Shown piece by piece: positions 1 through 11,772 of a stretch of DNA of 64,000 nt (its first letter is position 1; every line of letters starts with the position of its first letter). The notes under the pieces are model-generated. The model ran no database searches. It had not been told where the DNA came from and saw nothing but the letters and a program-made list of their open reading frames with translations. This DNA is from Isurus oxyrinchus (lineage: Eukaryota), in the NCBI GenBank assembly GCA_026770705.1, contig JANJGN010000017.1, positions 682,001 to 746,000 of the forward strand. The letters are read 5' to 3'. Both the position numbers and the translations under genes were made by a program.

Positions 1-974
1 AAAACTTACAGTTCTCATTAAAATGCAGTCTATGTTCAAATGCTCCTGGTCAAATATGTCCTGTTCCTGAGAGTCCAGATATAAACATTTCCCATCAGTT
101 TTGGGAAATTAAATTTCATCTTTCCCCTTCTGGGGCATATTCTAAAGATCCTTCTTCAAATGAAACTGATAATTAAAAGGATTGGTGAAAAGCACAGTTC
201 TGTAGATTGATTAAAATGTATTTGCTAAAAATAACCTGAATGAGTTTTAAACCTTTCCAGTGTATTGACTAGATATATTCAAATGGACATTCCTTGAAAT
301 ACACTTGCATCCGCATATATTGGCATTGTCAAGTCTTTGAAAGCAATGTTGAGATTCACATTATGCCACCAAACAGCTTTTGAAATGTTGCTTATAATCT
401 CTGCAGACCAGGTTCTGTATTACTGAATGTTATCTTTCATGGTAACCCACTGCTAGAAGAAAATTTGGTCCACTGCATTCTCCATGTAGGTTACAATCTG
501 CAAAGTTAAAACATCAAATTCATACAAAAACCTAACCTAATTTTTAATGATATATTTGCCTGAGGTGATTTTCACAAGATGAAATCCGTATTATTGGATA
601 TTTAATCAATGCAAAACTAACAAATGGGAACCAGGGTGCAATGATGAGACACGATATACTGGCACTCCAGCATCCTGTTTGGCAGAGTGGATGAACCTAA
701 GCTTTCAATTGTGAGTCTTCATGGTCTATATTCTAGTCATGGCATTAAAAGGAGCTCCAGGTTCAAGACTTCCATACAGGCCAGGAGATATCAAAGTATT
801 TTACCCCTGAAACCTTAGCATATAGTATCTACCAGCTAATCACAGAGCACTATTAGCAGAGGGCAAAGAAAAGGTTTGTCAGCCTTTCTAAGGTATGTTT
901 ACCACATCCTGAAAAAGGGGAAAGGAGTCAATAGTTACAGCCTCTGTGGGACTGTAAGAGTATAAGATGCTGCT

Positions 975-1203
975 CAAAAACAGAATTACCTGGAAAAACT
1001 CAGCAGGTCTGGCAGCATCGGCGGAGAAGAACAGAGTTGACGTTTCGAGTCCTCATGACCCTTCTACAGAACTTGATGGGTCATGAGGACTCGAAACGTC
1101 AACTCTTTTCTTCTCCGCCGATGCTGCCAGACCTGCTGAGTTTTTCCAGGTAATTCTGTTTTTGTTTTGGATTTCCAGCATCCGCAATTTTTTTGTTTTT
1201 ATC
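975..1203. mobile_element. Palindromic Penelope-like (PLE) terminal-repeat insertion, family 1
   Basis: Two inverted ~100-bp arms around 1070-1078. 14-bp direct repeat tataagatgctgct at 961-974 and 1204-1217 (TSD). Same sequence recurs at 4521, 6660, 9998 and 61699. Confidence 0.85.
1035..1073 (-). ncRNA. Minimal type I hammerhead ribozyme-like motif
   Basis: Minus strand reads AGTT-CTGTAGA-A-GGGTC-atgag-GACTC-GAAA-CGTC-AACT: stem I, variant core, stem II, GAAA, palindromic ACGT stem III and a GUC site. Confidence 0.6.
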
Positions 1204-1419
1204 TATAAGATGCTGCTGTTTCATGGAAATAGAGGCAAGGGCAGCTCACAGATATGATTCTCTTTGGATATCCAATTTGAGTTTTAGATAACAATAATTA
1301 CTTGTATTGCTCCTTGCAACAATGGAAAGTTGAACCTTACCCCTTATAGGACAGGTGAATGAAACTGGACATTGGGTGAGAAGGAAGGACTTAGATAAAA
1401 CTCGCTTAAAGGTATAGGT

Positions 1420-1575
1420 ACAATAAATGGGTTGCTAGATAACCATGTAAGGGATAAAGAAATATAAGGTTATGCTGAAGAGGGGTGGAAGGAGGTTCAT
1501 GTGGAGCATAAATACCACCATGGACCAGTTGACCCAAAAGGCCTGTGGTCTATATATTTTATGTCATTCTGTGTA
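1420..1575 (+). mobile_element. CR1 LINE 3' tail fragment
   Basis: ggaccagttgacccaaaaggcctgtg...attctgtgta resembles the CR1 3' terminal hairpin and tail seen elsewhere in the window. Confidence 0.55.
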
Positions 1576-1944
1576 GTTATGAGCAGTGATGTGTGTCTTC
1601 CTGTGAGCCAAACATCCATAGACGTTACATTGTGCAAACTTAACCTCACTGTCTAAGCACTTATCACCTCACAATGCACAATTTGGCTGGTGTCTTTCTG
1701 GTTCACCTAAGCTGACAGAGAACCACCATGACAGTTCTCCTTCTGTGTGGATGGGTAGCAAGAAACTGGGGAATGGCTTGCAGTTTTACTGAAATGGCTC
1801 CCTGAAACAACAGGACAAAACTACCACGTTATATGGTTCAATTTAGTGCAGTGCCATACAATTCTGAGAGTTTGTAATGCACTTTTGAAACTGAACTACA
1901 ACCAAGTACCAACAATCTAATGATCATAAAATGTAGTGCAATCA

Positions 1945-2330
1945 TGATTAAGGGGTGACCTAATTGATGCGTTTAAGATGATGAAAGGATTTGATAGTAG
2001 ATAGAGAGAAACTATTTCCCTGGTGGAGCATCCGGATCAAGGGGGATCTGCCTTAAAATGAAAGCCAGGCCATTCAGGGGTGATGTAAAGAAACACTTCC
2101 TGCTCACAAAGGTTGGTGGAAATCTAAAACTCTCTCTTCCAAAAAGCTGTTGAGGTGGGGAATGAGGGGGAGGGAGGGGCGTGTTGATTGAAAATTTCAA
2201 AATTGAGATTGATAGATTATTGTTATGTAAGGGTGTCAAAGGTGGATAGATGGAGTTAAGATATAAATTGATCTAAATTGAATTGTGGAACAGACTTGAG
2301 AGTTGAATGGCCCGCTTCTGATTCTACATT
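1945..2330 (+). mobile_element. CR1 LINE 3' end (RT C-terminus and 3' UTR)
   Basis: RGDLIDAFKMMKGFD...RH/FFSQRV-like coding remnants followed by a gaatggcc tail. Homologous to 41850-42210. Confidence 0.8.
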
Positions 2331-2752
2331 TTCAGTATACGTTATATTTACATATTTAAGCATCTTAATACAAATGATCTTTTCTAACCTCTGACCCCCA
2401 AAACATGGCATTCCAATCTGTTGGCGTTATAAATTCTTCAGCTTTCAGCCTCATAGTTTATCGTAAGTCTTCAATCTTTTTTTATTTAAATTCATTGAAA
2501 GTCGGTGACAGTGTTCAAAGATGACTTCATTAATATTCTTCCAGCTCAAACTTACAAAATTGAAACAAAGCTTTCAGAGATCTCAGGACAATAACTTCTG
2601 TGATTTCTCAATAATCATTTAATAATGCAAAGGTAATGTAAGTGAAAAATAGAAGGAGATTAAAATTTGTGGTTATTTAAAGAATATTGAAAATGCAGTG
2701 GAAATATTGGCCTTTCTGTACTCTTACTCTCCAGTTCTAGCACCTACATTAT

Positions 2753-3457
2753 GGGCAGAATTTAGCCCATGTCGAGCGGGCTTGGCGGGAGCAGGCAGGT
2801 GCAGTTGGGAAACTGACCGCTGCCCGCGATTGGGGCCAGAAGGTGATTTCATGCTGGCAGGCCAATTAAGGCCTGCCCAGCGTGAATCACGATTGGCAGC
2901 GCTGAGCGCTGAGCATTGCCTGTGCAGGCAGAGGGAGGAGAGTGAGCAGGGTGAGTGCAAACTTCACACATGCAATGCAAGTGAGTGCTTGAAAATCTCC
3001 CTGAGGCACAGAGCTGCCCAAGAGAGATGAAACCTTTTTTAAAAAAACAATTTGAAAAATGTAATAAAACATGTCCCCTCGTGTCACTCTGTCACATGAG
3101 CAGGGACATGTTATTAATTAAATTTTAAAACTTTCATTTCATTTTTATTTGCTTTTGGAAACCTCATCCCGCCAGTGGATGAGTTTTCCAAAAAAATGCA
3201 AAGGCTGGTTGACCTTTTTGCCTGCCTGTCAACCATAATGTTGGACGGGCAATGAAAAATTTAACTTAATTGATTCTTTAATGGCTTTAATAGGCCTTTA
3301 AATTGTCAGCGGGTATGCTGCTGACTCTGGCGCGTGCCTGCCGACTGAACTATCACACGACTGCACGTTGATGTCAGGACACTCAGCTGACATCAACGCA
3401 TCTCATTTCACACTCAAGCAGGTCAGGCGCGCACCCACCGAGCTAAACATTTTGCCC
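2753..3457. mobile_element. Harbinger-family MITE
   Basis: TIRs gggcagaattt / aacattttgccc. Colinear with 55671 and 59585 copies, and ends match the Harbinger at 29580-33730. Confidence 0.85.
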
Positions 3458-3682
3458 CGTGTATAATTGCTTGCATTGTATTTTATAATTCTTGACCACT
3501 ATTAAGTTGAAAGCTGGAAAGGAAATTAATTGAGTATGCTGCCTTAGGCATTATAACGTTTATGCCAGATGAATATAAAATGATTCAGAATAATGTGCAC
3601 TCTTAGTTTATCTTCTGGGACTGGAAAGATTCTAAGTGTGAATTGTTAGACAAACTTTACCTGGCATTAAATAAAATCAAAT

Positions 3683-4235
3683 ATAGAAACCTAGAAAATT
3701 TATAGTACGGATGGAGCCCATACAGCCCATCATGTCACTGCCATCCAACAAAGAATTACCCAGCTTCCCACTTTGCAGTTTTGAGTCTGTAGGCTTGTGG
3801 GTTACAGCACTTCAAGTGCATATCCAAATATTTTTTAAATGTGATGAGAGTTTCTGCCTCAACAACCTTTTCAGACAGAGAGTTCCAGACCTTGTCCTCC
3901 AGTGGAAAGATTTCGCCTCAACTTCCCTCTAATTCTTGTACCCGCCCCCCCACACCCCCCCCACCCCCCACCTCGAATGTGTTTTACCTTAAATCTAGTT
4001 ATTAACCTCACTGCTAAGGGATATAAGTCCTTCCTAACCATTCTATCTAAGCCCCTCATAATTTTATATGCCTCATTTAAGTCTCCTCTCAGCCTCGATC
4101 AGTTCCCAAAGCAAGAAACCCCAGCCTCAAACATTCATTTCTAAAATTCTCCATTCCTGGCAACACCTTCATAAATCTCTTTTGTACCTCCTTCTACTGT
4201 AATCATATCCTCTCTGTAATGTGGTAACCAGAAAT
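3683..4235 (-). mobile_element. CR1 LINE 3' fragment
   Basis: Homologous to the CR1 3' end at 52634-53200 (gtgcatatccaa...tttaaatgt, ctatctaagcccctcataatttt). Confidence 0.8.
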
Positions 4236-4520
4236 GTCTATGAAAACACTGTATAAGAATCTAATTTGTACCCCAAAACTCGATGATATTGCAAACACTG
4301 ATCATGTTGCTGGCTTGTGGCAAAAAATAAATTCACAGCTTCTGTGAGCTCTTTCCTTCCCTTAAAATATTCAATTATAAATCTTTCAGAAGCCATAGAT
4401 CGCCTCAGATTGATTAAATCATAAAACTCCCCTCAAAAAAAGCCTTCCTTTGAAAGAAATACAAAGGGTGGAAATGCTCCACATCTTGTCTTATTCAAAG
4501 CTCAGTCAGTTCTAGTCTGT

Positions 4521-5007
4521 TAAACACAGAGATAAAAACAAAAAACTGCGGATGCTGGAAATCCAAAACAAAAACAGAATTACCTGGAAAAACTCAGCAG
4601 GTCTGGTGATGCTGCCAGACCTGCTGAGTTTTTCCAGGTAATTCTGTTTTCGTTTTGGATTTCCAGCATCCGCAGTTTTTTTGTTTTTATCTCTGTGTTT
4701 AATTGACTGCCACTGCTCTTCAAGAAATGCCTACCTCCTTGAAGAAGTTCTGTTCGTCTCTGCGACAAGATTTCCGTATCCCTCTTTTGCCTTGTTCACC
4801 TTCATTGCTTTCAATTTCTCTCCTGGTGTTTGACAAGGTGTTTATATTTCACCCCTCTCCTTGGATTCACCTAGTTCTGTTGAAGGGTCATGAGGACTCG
4901 AAACATCAACTCTTTTCTTCTCCGCCGATGCTGCCAGACCTGCTGAGTTTTTCCAGGTATTTCTGTTTTTGTTTTGGATTTCCAGCATCCGCAGTTTTTT
5001 GTTTTTA
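4521..5007 (+). mobile_element. Penelope-like insertion: inverted terminal repeat plus partial tandem
   Basis: Inverted arms 4521-4606 / 4615-4701. Second direct copy with hammerhead motif at 4873-4911. 15-bp TSD tcagttctagtctgt at 4506-4520 and 5008-5022. Confidence 0.85.
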
Positions 5008-6659
5008 TCAGTTCTAGTCTGTACTGATTAAGGAAATCTATAGTGAGGCCTGATGTACCATTATAAACTGATTGAGCACATTGTCTGCTGGAGTTATTTC
5101 TCAAGATATCTGATTAATCAAAGCGGGACTTTGGTAAATTGTTTATTGTGGCTGCCTGCCACTGGATCTGGGCAAAGTGAAAGGTCAATTATCCCCCCTC
5201 AGAGATTCAGTATGGCAGGAAACACTAGGCCATTGTAGTGTTACAGTGCATCATACATTCTATTAGTTTAGCAACTAAGAAACTATCCCTAACATTTATG
5301 AAGCACTGTAACATGTTCAGTCAGTGGCCTTGGTTCATTTAACTATTGGGGCCATTGAACTTCTGACATATGATGGGAACTCCTGTAGGATGCATGATTT
5401 CAATGATAAGTGTGTTCAAGGAGAGGCAATGCATTAGTCTTTGCAACACCTATATAAAGGGTTGATATACCAGAGCCCAATCAAATTGATAACAGGTAAG
5501 TGAATAGTCTGCTTCATGTGGATCAGATCCTTTTCCACACCATGACATCTTGATTCTATAACTGAGTTGGTGAACTAAAAGTGTTTAGCTGCTGCCAAGC
5601 TGAGCTAGCAATTACTAATTAGCAAGCACATGCTTGAATAACATTTAATGTATGATTAGTGCTAATTAACTCCAACTCATATACCATTAAATGTTCTATA
5701 ACACACAGCAGAGAGGTATGAAACCCTTCTGGCCTATTAGTCACATCAGCATTACGATTGTTTACTTGCAGGCAAGGATCCTTCATGAAGTAAACAGAAA
5801 GAACTCTTCCAAAATGAAGGCTTTGCAAGTGCTCGCAGGTTGCATTTCAAATAACTATGTTGAAAACAACAATGCTGATTTACAGTGGCAAGGGCAGCAG
5901 AATGAACTACAAAATGAGAGACTAGGGATGGAATTGACCATGCTATTGGCACTTGCATGTGTAGACAATATGATGAGAAGGCCAAAAATCGGTTTCATGA
6001 TGTCGTGAAACCAGTTTGTGACCATCCGCTCAGCCTGTCAATGGTGGGTCGCGTTTCCCACCATCAGACTTCAGGAACCTCATTTTCATACATCTGCAAA
6101 TCATTGTAAGCCCAGCCCACAGGAATCGCCTGCCCCCAGGGATTGCCCACCCACATCGGCGTGACTTCACAACAGCGTATATAGGGCATGCACTTAGTGG
6201 GCTGCACTTTGAGGGGAACTTGGAGGTGAGCACACAGTAACGCTGTGCACACTTGCCAGGGTCACCTGTTGGACTTTGAGGTTGAGGCACATTGTTGGGG
6301 GGTGAGTGGGGCAAGGGCTCCCTGCAGTTGAAGGTAACGCACAAGCACATGCAGAGTGGGAGGAAAATAGCCACACATTAGGGAAACCTTGTATAAAGTG
6401 ACTATTCCTCTGAAGCTGAGACAATTCAGGCACAGCCACATGGATATGATTGAATTCGGGTCTCTAGCTTATCTGCCCACTCAAACAACGCAGAGGCATG
6501 AAAGCCCCACCAAGTGCTCCAAAGCTTTTCACTCCTCGGGCACAGACTACAAATTTATGAGCCTTTTAGTGGACTGCAGAACAGTCTGATGACTGGGCAT
6601 GTTGTACAATCTCGTCGCTAAAGCTGGCCATGGAGCAGTCACTCTGGAGGCAAAAGTTG

Positions 6660-6816
6660 AAAACAAAGAAAACTGCGGATGCTGGAAATCTAAAACAAAA
6701 ACAGAATTACCTGGAAAAACTCAGTAGGTCTGGCAGCATCGGCGGAGAAGAAAAGAGTTGACGTTTCGAGTCCTCATGACCCTTCGACAGAACTTGATTT
6801 CGAGTCCAGGAAAGAG
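6660..6816 (-). mobile_element. Penelope-like terminal repeat with intact hammerhead motif (6756-6794)
   Basis: Near-identical to the arm at 9998-10160. Minus strand reads AGTT CTGTCGA A GGGTC atgag GACTC GAAA CGTC AACT. Confidence 0.85.
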
Positions 6817-6852
6817 GCAATGTCATCATCCCAGTTTGGACCAGTCTCCCCC

Positions 6853-8014
6853 ATGGTTCAAGCTAACAGTGCAGCCTTGCAGTGTGGGTTAGGAGAATGC
6901 CTGTGTCCGAGCTGAGAGCACAGCCTGCAGTCCAATGGGCAAAGCTGCTGCCAATCGGTCAGATGGAGTGGAGTGGAGGTGGGTGGGGTTTTGGGCAGCC
7001 ATGCAGAGCACTAATCTCTGGCCATCCAAGTGGGGGCCAGCACTCTCCGGGATGTGTAAAGGGGCCTTCAGGCTTTGGCGCTACGGGGACATGGAAAGTA
7101 TCCACTGCCAGTGGCTGTGAGAGTGACTGTTCAATTTCAATGCCAGTGGCTCCTTTCAGGGCTCCACAGGTGACCTCTGTGGGATCTCACAAGCATCCAC
7201 CCACAAATGCATCTATGAGGTCACGGATGCCATCTTCGCGAGGGCACACAACATTGCTCATTTCGCCCAGGGCCAGGAGAACCAGGATACAAGAGCAATT
7301 GGATTTGCCCAGATCTTGGGTTCCCCAGAGGTGCAGGGTACGATCGACTGCACTCATGTGGCCCTCAGATCACAGTCACAACACGTGGTTAACTATGTCA
7401 ACTGCAAGGGCTTCCATTCGCTGAATGTGCAGCTGGTGTGCGGCCACCACAAACCCATCCTGCAGGTCTGTGCAAGGTTTCCAGGGATTGTCCACGACTC
7501 CTACATCCTCAGTCAGTCACAGATCCCTGAAGTCTTCCAGGGTCCACAGAAGCTGCAGGGTTGGCTCCTCGGGGACAAGGGCCACCCACAAAGGCCGTGG
7601 CTGATGACACCCGTGAGGCAGCCTCAGACTGCAGCAGAGCGACGCTATAATGAGGCTCATGCTGCAGCTCACAACTTGGTGAAGCAAATCATCGGGATGC
7701 TGGAGATGAGGTTCCGGTGCCTGGACCGGTCTGGTGGAACCTGCAATACAGTCCACAGAGGGTGTTATGCATTGTTGTCACCTGCTGAGCCCTTTACAAC
7801 CTGGCACTGCAACGGGGAGAGGAGCTGACTGAGGAGGAGATGGAGGAGCTGGAGGTCTCCTCCGACAAGCAGGATATCAACATGGATGAGAGTGAGCAGT
7901 TCGTCGAAGGCAACGATGATGGCGATGAGGCCCTTGCACTGGCCAGATGAGGCAGGCACCCTCAGGATGCCCTCAGCTGCTAGACCTGTGGAGGATGATG
8001 ACGACATACAGTGA
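6853..8014 (+). pseudogene. Harbinger (HARBI1-like) DDE transposase, frameshifted
   Basis: Motifs SGSFQGSTGDLCGISQ, VQGTIDCTHV, NCKGFHSLNVQLVC, RFPGIVHDSYIL, WLLGDKGHP, YNEAHAAAHNLVKQIIGMLEMRFRCL. Confidence 0.92.
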
Positions 8015-9997
8015 GGAGACACCACAGATCCTCACATTGTATCTGTGAATGTTTGACTCCATCTGGCTTATGGCAGTGCACATACCCTCTGTGTTAAGGC
8101 TCCTGTCATGGCCCTAATAGTCGCTCAATTGCAGGAAGATGATGACAACATGCAGTGAGGACACTCCATAGATCTTCACATAGCCTCTGAGAATGTCTGA
8201 CTCCTGTCTGGCCGAGGGCAGCTCGCTTGCGCTCTGTGATCAGGGTCATATCACAAAAACACAGCCATGAAACTTTAGAAGCATCTGATCCTTTGTCCAC
8301 CTTCAGCACCTGAGCCCTTCAGGAGCACAGCGCCACTGGTCACAGATGCTGAAGAGATGGGGACCAGCCCCATCTTAAAGATGTTGAGAGCACATAGAGA
8401 GTATGATGGAACTCTGTGATGCCTGCCACTACATTCTGGCAGCAATGACCAGCACCATCGAGGTGCAGGCATCTGTAATGTGTCCAGGGACAGTGAGGCT
8501 GGACCATCACTTTGGTCTAAAGGCTGCACAGACTGGACTGAGACACCTGCCTTTATCTTGTACAGAAAGGCTTCACATCTGAGTGACATGAACACTGCTC
8601 ATCAGAAAAGGGAGCCATAGACAATGAGACATTCTTGGGAGTTTATTTACAATAGTGAGCATTATGTACAAGTGATTAACACCCGTGCCCAGGCTGTGCA
8701 ACTAAATCTTCTTAACCTACTCGAAAGAGTTACATCTTCTTAACCTTCCTAACCCTGTCTCTATGTCTTGGTGCTCCCCGGACATCCACAGCAGAGGTGG
8801 GGGCAGCCTGCTGACTGTGACTCCCTGTCTGTGATGACCTTGGTGGGTGTCCTCTGGAGGGCTGAGACCTGGAGGGTCCCGGCCTGCTTTCGGGGTCCTG
8901 CTGTGTGGCAGTGGCTCCCTCCTCAGCCTGTGGAGCTGGAGCTGCTGAGGTCACAGGAAGAGGGGATTCGGATGGCCCAAACAGTCCTGGAGTCGCCTGG
9001 ATAGATGGCCCCAGGGTTATCCTCCTCCCTATGGGTTCCCAAGGACCCCTGGCTGATTCCTTGAGGAGAAGGCATAGCTGGAGTGAGATCGAGTTTCCCC
9101 CCACCCCTCTCGTGTACACACTGTTGGGAGCCAACTATGGCATCAGTGATGGAGTTCAGCCCGTATAGCAGTGCAGGAGCAAAGTCCTAGACCAAGGTCT
9201 CCATGGTGGCTGCCATCCTACCAGTGATGACATTGGCACATTGGTATGCCAGTGCTATCATCTCAGAATGAAGGCAGATTGACTCCTCCATCGTTCCTTC
9301 AATCTGAGGTGTGCAGCAGACATCCCTCCTTGGTGTTCCCGAGCTCCAGCAACTGAGGTGTGACATGGTCCAGAGGGTCCTCATCTGACTCAGACTCAGC
9401 AGATATCCAGCCTCCAGCAGTCCCCCAACTGCCAGCCACCTGGGAAGTCTCTGCCTCTGCCTGTTGTGGATCAGACAGTGCGATGTGCTCACCAGATTGT
9501 GATCCTGAGGCTGCTGTAAAGCTAGGGCCCACTGAGGTATGTGTCTCTGCGCTGGTGGAGGGTGTGGGTGAGCGCTGTGACGGGATTTCAGGGAGGGTGC
9601 CTCCAGATTCCTCTTCAGAGGTTTCTTTGGGGCTTGATTGGAGGCCCTGGGTCATGGACTTCATTGGCTGTTTCCCAGATGTGCCTATGAAAGCAAGAGG
9701 AGATAATTAGTGTATGGCAGTGGCCTGTGAAACAGGAAACCTCACTCACAGCCTGGTTGTCTGATGGATGTTGCACTGCCAGATTCTCACCTGGTAGAGC
9801 CCCACCAACCTCACCATCAGCACAGGACCCATCCAGATTCTCGCTGGCCAGCTGGATGGCTCTGTTTTCAAAGTCCATGAGGACCTTGATTTCAGGCATT
9901 CCTCCACCGGTCTGCGATCTCTCCCTCTCCTGCTTGTCCTGCATCAATACAGATGGAGAGAGTGTAAGCAGGATGCCTGCCAGACCAGATGATAAGT

Positions 9998-10345
9998 ATA
10001 AAAACAAAAAAACTGCGGATGCTGGAAATCCAAAACAAAAACAAAAACAGAATTACCTGGAAAAACTCAGCAGGTCTGGCAGCATCGGCGGAGAAGAAAA
10101 GAGTTGACGTTTCGAATCCTCATGACCCATCGACAGAACTTGAGTTCGAGTCCAAGAAAGAGTTGAAATATAAGCTGGTTTAAGGTGGGGGGGTGGGGAC
10201 ACCTTAAACCAGCTTATATTTCGACTCTTTCTTGGACTCGAACTCAAGTTCTGTCGAAGGGTCATGAGGACTCGAAACGTCAACTCTTTTCTTCTCTGCC
10301 AATGCTGCCAGACCTGCTGAGTTTTCCAGGTAATTCTGTTTTTGT
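9998..10345. mobile_element. Palindromic Penelope-like insertion with two opposed hammerhead motifs
   Basis: Near-perfect inverted arms of ~145 bp around a G-rich loop at 10187-10200. Motifs at 10102-10140 (-) and 10247-10285 (+). Confidence 0.9.
10247..10285 (+). ncRNA. Minimal type I hammerhead ribozyme-like motif, predicted cleavage after C10281
   Basis: agtt CTGTCGA a gggtc atgag gactc GAAA cGTC aact. Stem I agtt/aact, stem II gggtc/gactc. Confidence 0.65.
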
Positions 10346-10619
10346 CCCTGTGGATTCATGATGGGTTTGTGAGTGTGTGAGTTGAGAGTAATGAGAAGAA
10401 TGACTTACTCTGGCGGAATGGAGGAGATCATTCATCCTCTTGCATCACTGAGTGGCTGTCCTCTTATGCAGGGCGTTAGCACTGACCACCACTGCCACCG
10501 CCTCCCAAACTGGATTAGTGAGATTGTTGCCCATCCTGCGGCATTAAACCTGGGCTGGAAGTGCTGAGAGGTGTGCACACAGCTGGAATTTAAATAAATA
10601 ATAACGGGTCAATTGCACT

Positions 10620-11159
10620 TGTTAAAAAGCCAACTGACCCCAATAATACATCATCCACACTGTAATACAGGGTTGGTAGGCAGTTGGGCGGGAAAAACTT
10701 CTAAAACCCTTTTAAAAGGGCGGTTAGGAAGATTGTTGCTATCGTTGGGAAGGGTACCCTTTTGCTATCGTTGGGAAGGGTACCCTTTCCCCCTTTCTTC
10801 TTACCCGCCTGCTCACCAAAGCCCCCACCCCTACCCCCTTTCCCCCTCCTTAAACTGGCCAAACCCTGCCTGCCCTATATCCCGAACTTACCTCCCTCTG
10901 GGATCCATTGGGCCTTCTTCCTGCTCCTGGTTACAGTCCCGGCAATGCTGGCCAATCCGATTGGCTGGAAGCTCCTGAGGCTGGGCCTTCCTCCCCAGTG
11001 TCAGGTGGAGGTCCCACCAGTGGGGTATTTAGCCCCCCACAGCATGTTACAGCGTGGGGCAGGCTAGTGTGGAGCGAGACAGCCACCCACCGGCTTTGCT
11101 TCCAGGGGAGCAAGGCATCAGTCCACCCCTCTGCCCCCAACCCCCACAAAATGCAGCCC
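10620..11159. mobile_element. Harbinger-type MITE relic
   Basis: GC-rich segment ending in aaaatgcagccc, the reverse complement of a gggc-tg-aatttt-type TIR. Contains a 26-bp tandem duplication near 10735-10787. Confidence 0.5.
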
Positions 11160-11351
11160 TAGATTACACAACAGCTGCTAAACATAAATAATTTGTCCAT
11201 TGTTGCTGATGTCATAATACTGTACTCACAACAGCTCTTTTATTAAAATTAACAAATGGTATGTCAAGTCTTGAGCATCCAAATGCAAAAATCTTCACTT
11301 CCCAGTTGACATTCCTCACTTGAATAAACGACGCAATGTTGCTACTTCTCA

Positions 11352-11772
11352 GTGTCAGTAGTGGCTCAGTTGGTAGCCTTTGAGTCAGAAGGTTTTGGAT
11401 TTAAGTCCCACTCCAGGACTTCAGCACAAAAATCACTCCAGTGCGGTACCGATGGATTGCTGCATTGTCCAGTGTGCTTTTTGAACTGTACTCTCAAGTA
11501 GATGTAAAAGATTGCAGAGCATTATTTCGAAGAAGGGCAGAGGAGTCATCCCCAGTGGACGGACCAAAATTTATCACTTAATCAACATTACAAAACCAGA
11601 TTAGCTGGTCATTATTATATTGCTGTTTGTGGGAGCTTGCTGTGTGCAAATTGCCTGCCATGTTTTCTACAGTACAACAGTGATTACATTTAAAAGATAT
11701 TTCATTGGCTGTCAGTGCTTTGGGGCATCATGTGGCATAAAAGGTGATATATAAATGCAAGTCTTACTTTCT
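11352..11772 (+). mobile_element. tRNA-derived SINE with Deu-type core (SacSINE1/AmnSINE1-like) and L2-type tail
   Basis: Box A gtggctcagttgg, box B-like gatttaagtccc, core gatgtaaaag...gaagaagggcag, tail tatataaatgcaagtc. Confidence 0.85.

Larger units (their letters stand above)
8730..10520 (-). pseudogene. Harbinger Myb/SANT-like partner gene, 3 exons (ends at 10409; 9938-9791; 9684-8730)
   Basis: CKRMNDLLHSAR|gtaagt, then gcag|DKQERERSQTGGG...|gtgag, then tttcatag| and a Ser/Pro-rich tail. AATAAA on the minus strand at 8642-8647. Confidence 0.8.
5964..10590 (+). mobile_element. Decayed PIF/Harbinger transposon 1 (termini not clearly preserved)
   Basis: Transposase on + and Myb/SANT-like gene on -, convergent, same layout as 29580-33730. 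Confidence 0.85.

Noticed and set aside
2405-2462. Possible first exon MAFQSVGVINSSAFSLIVY followed by gtaagt
   Set aside because: No promoter evidence, no compatible downstream exon found and no recognisable homology.
5772-5838. Exon-like segment ARILHEVNRKNSSKMKALQVLA
   Set aside because: The acceptor is plausible but the donor is weak (gttgca), and the peptide is not recognisable.
7316-7828. Host HARBI1 gene
   Set aside because: Frameshifted, present in several copies, and paired with a convergent Myb gene inside transposon structures.
975-10345. Recurrent near-identical palindromic repeats as a CRISPR array or terminators
   Set aside because: They are dispersed, 150-480 bp long and carry TSDs, with no regular repeat-spacer pattern or cas genes, in eukaryotic DNA.
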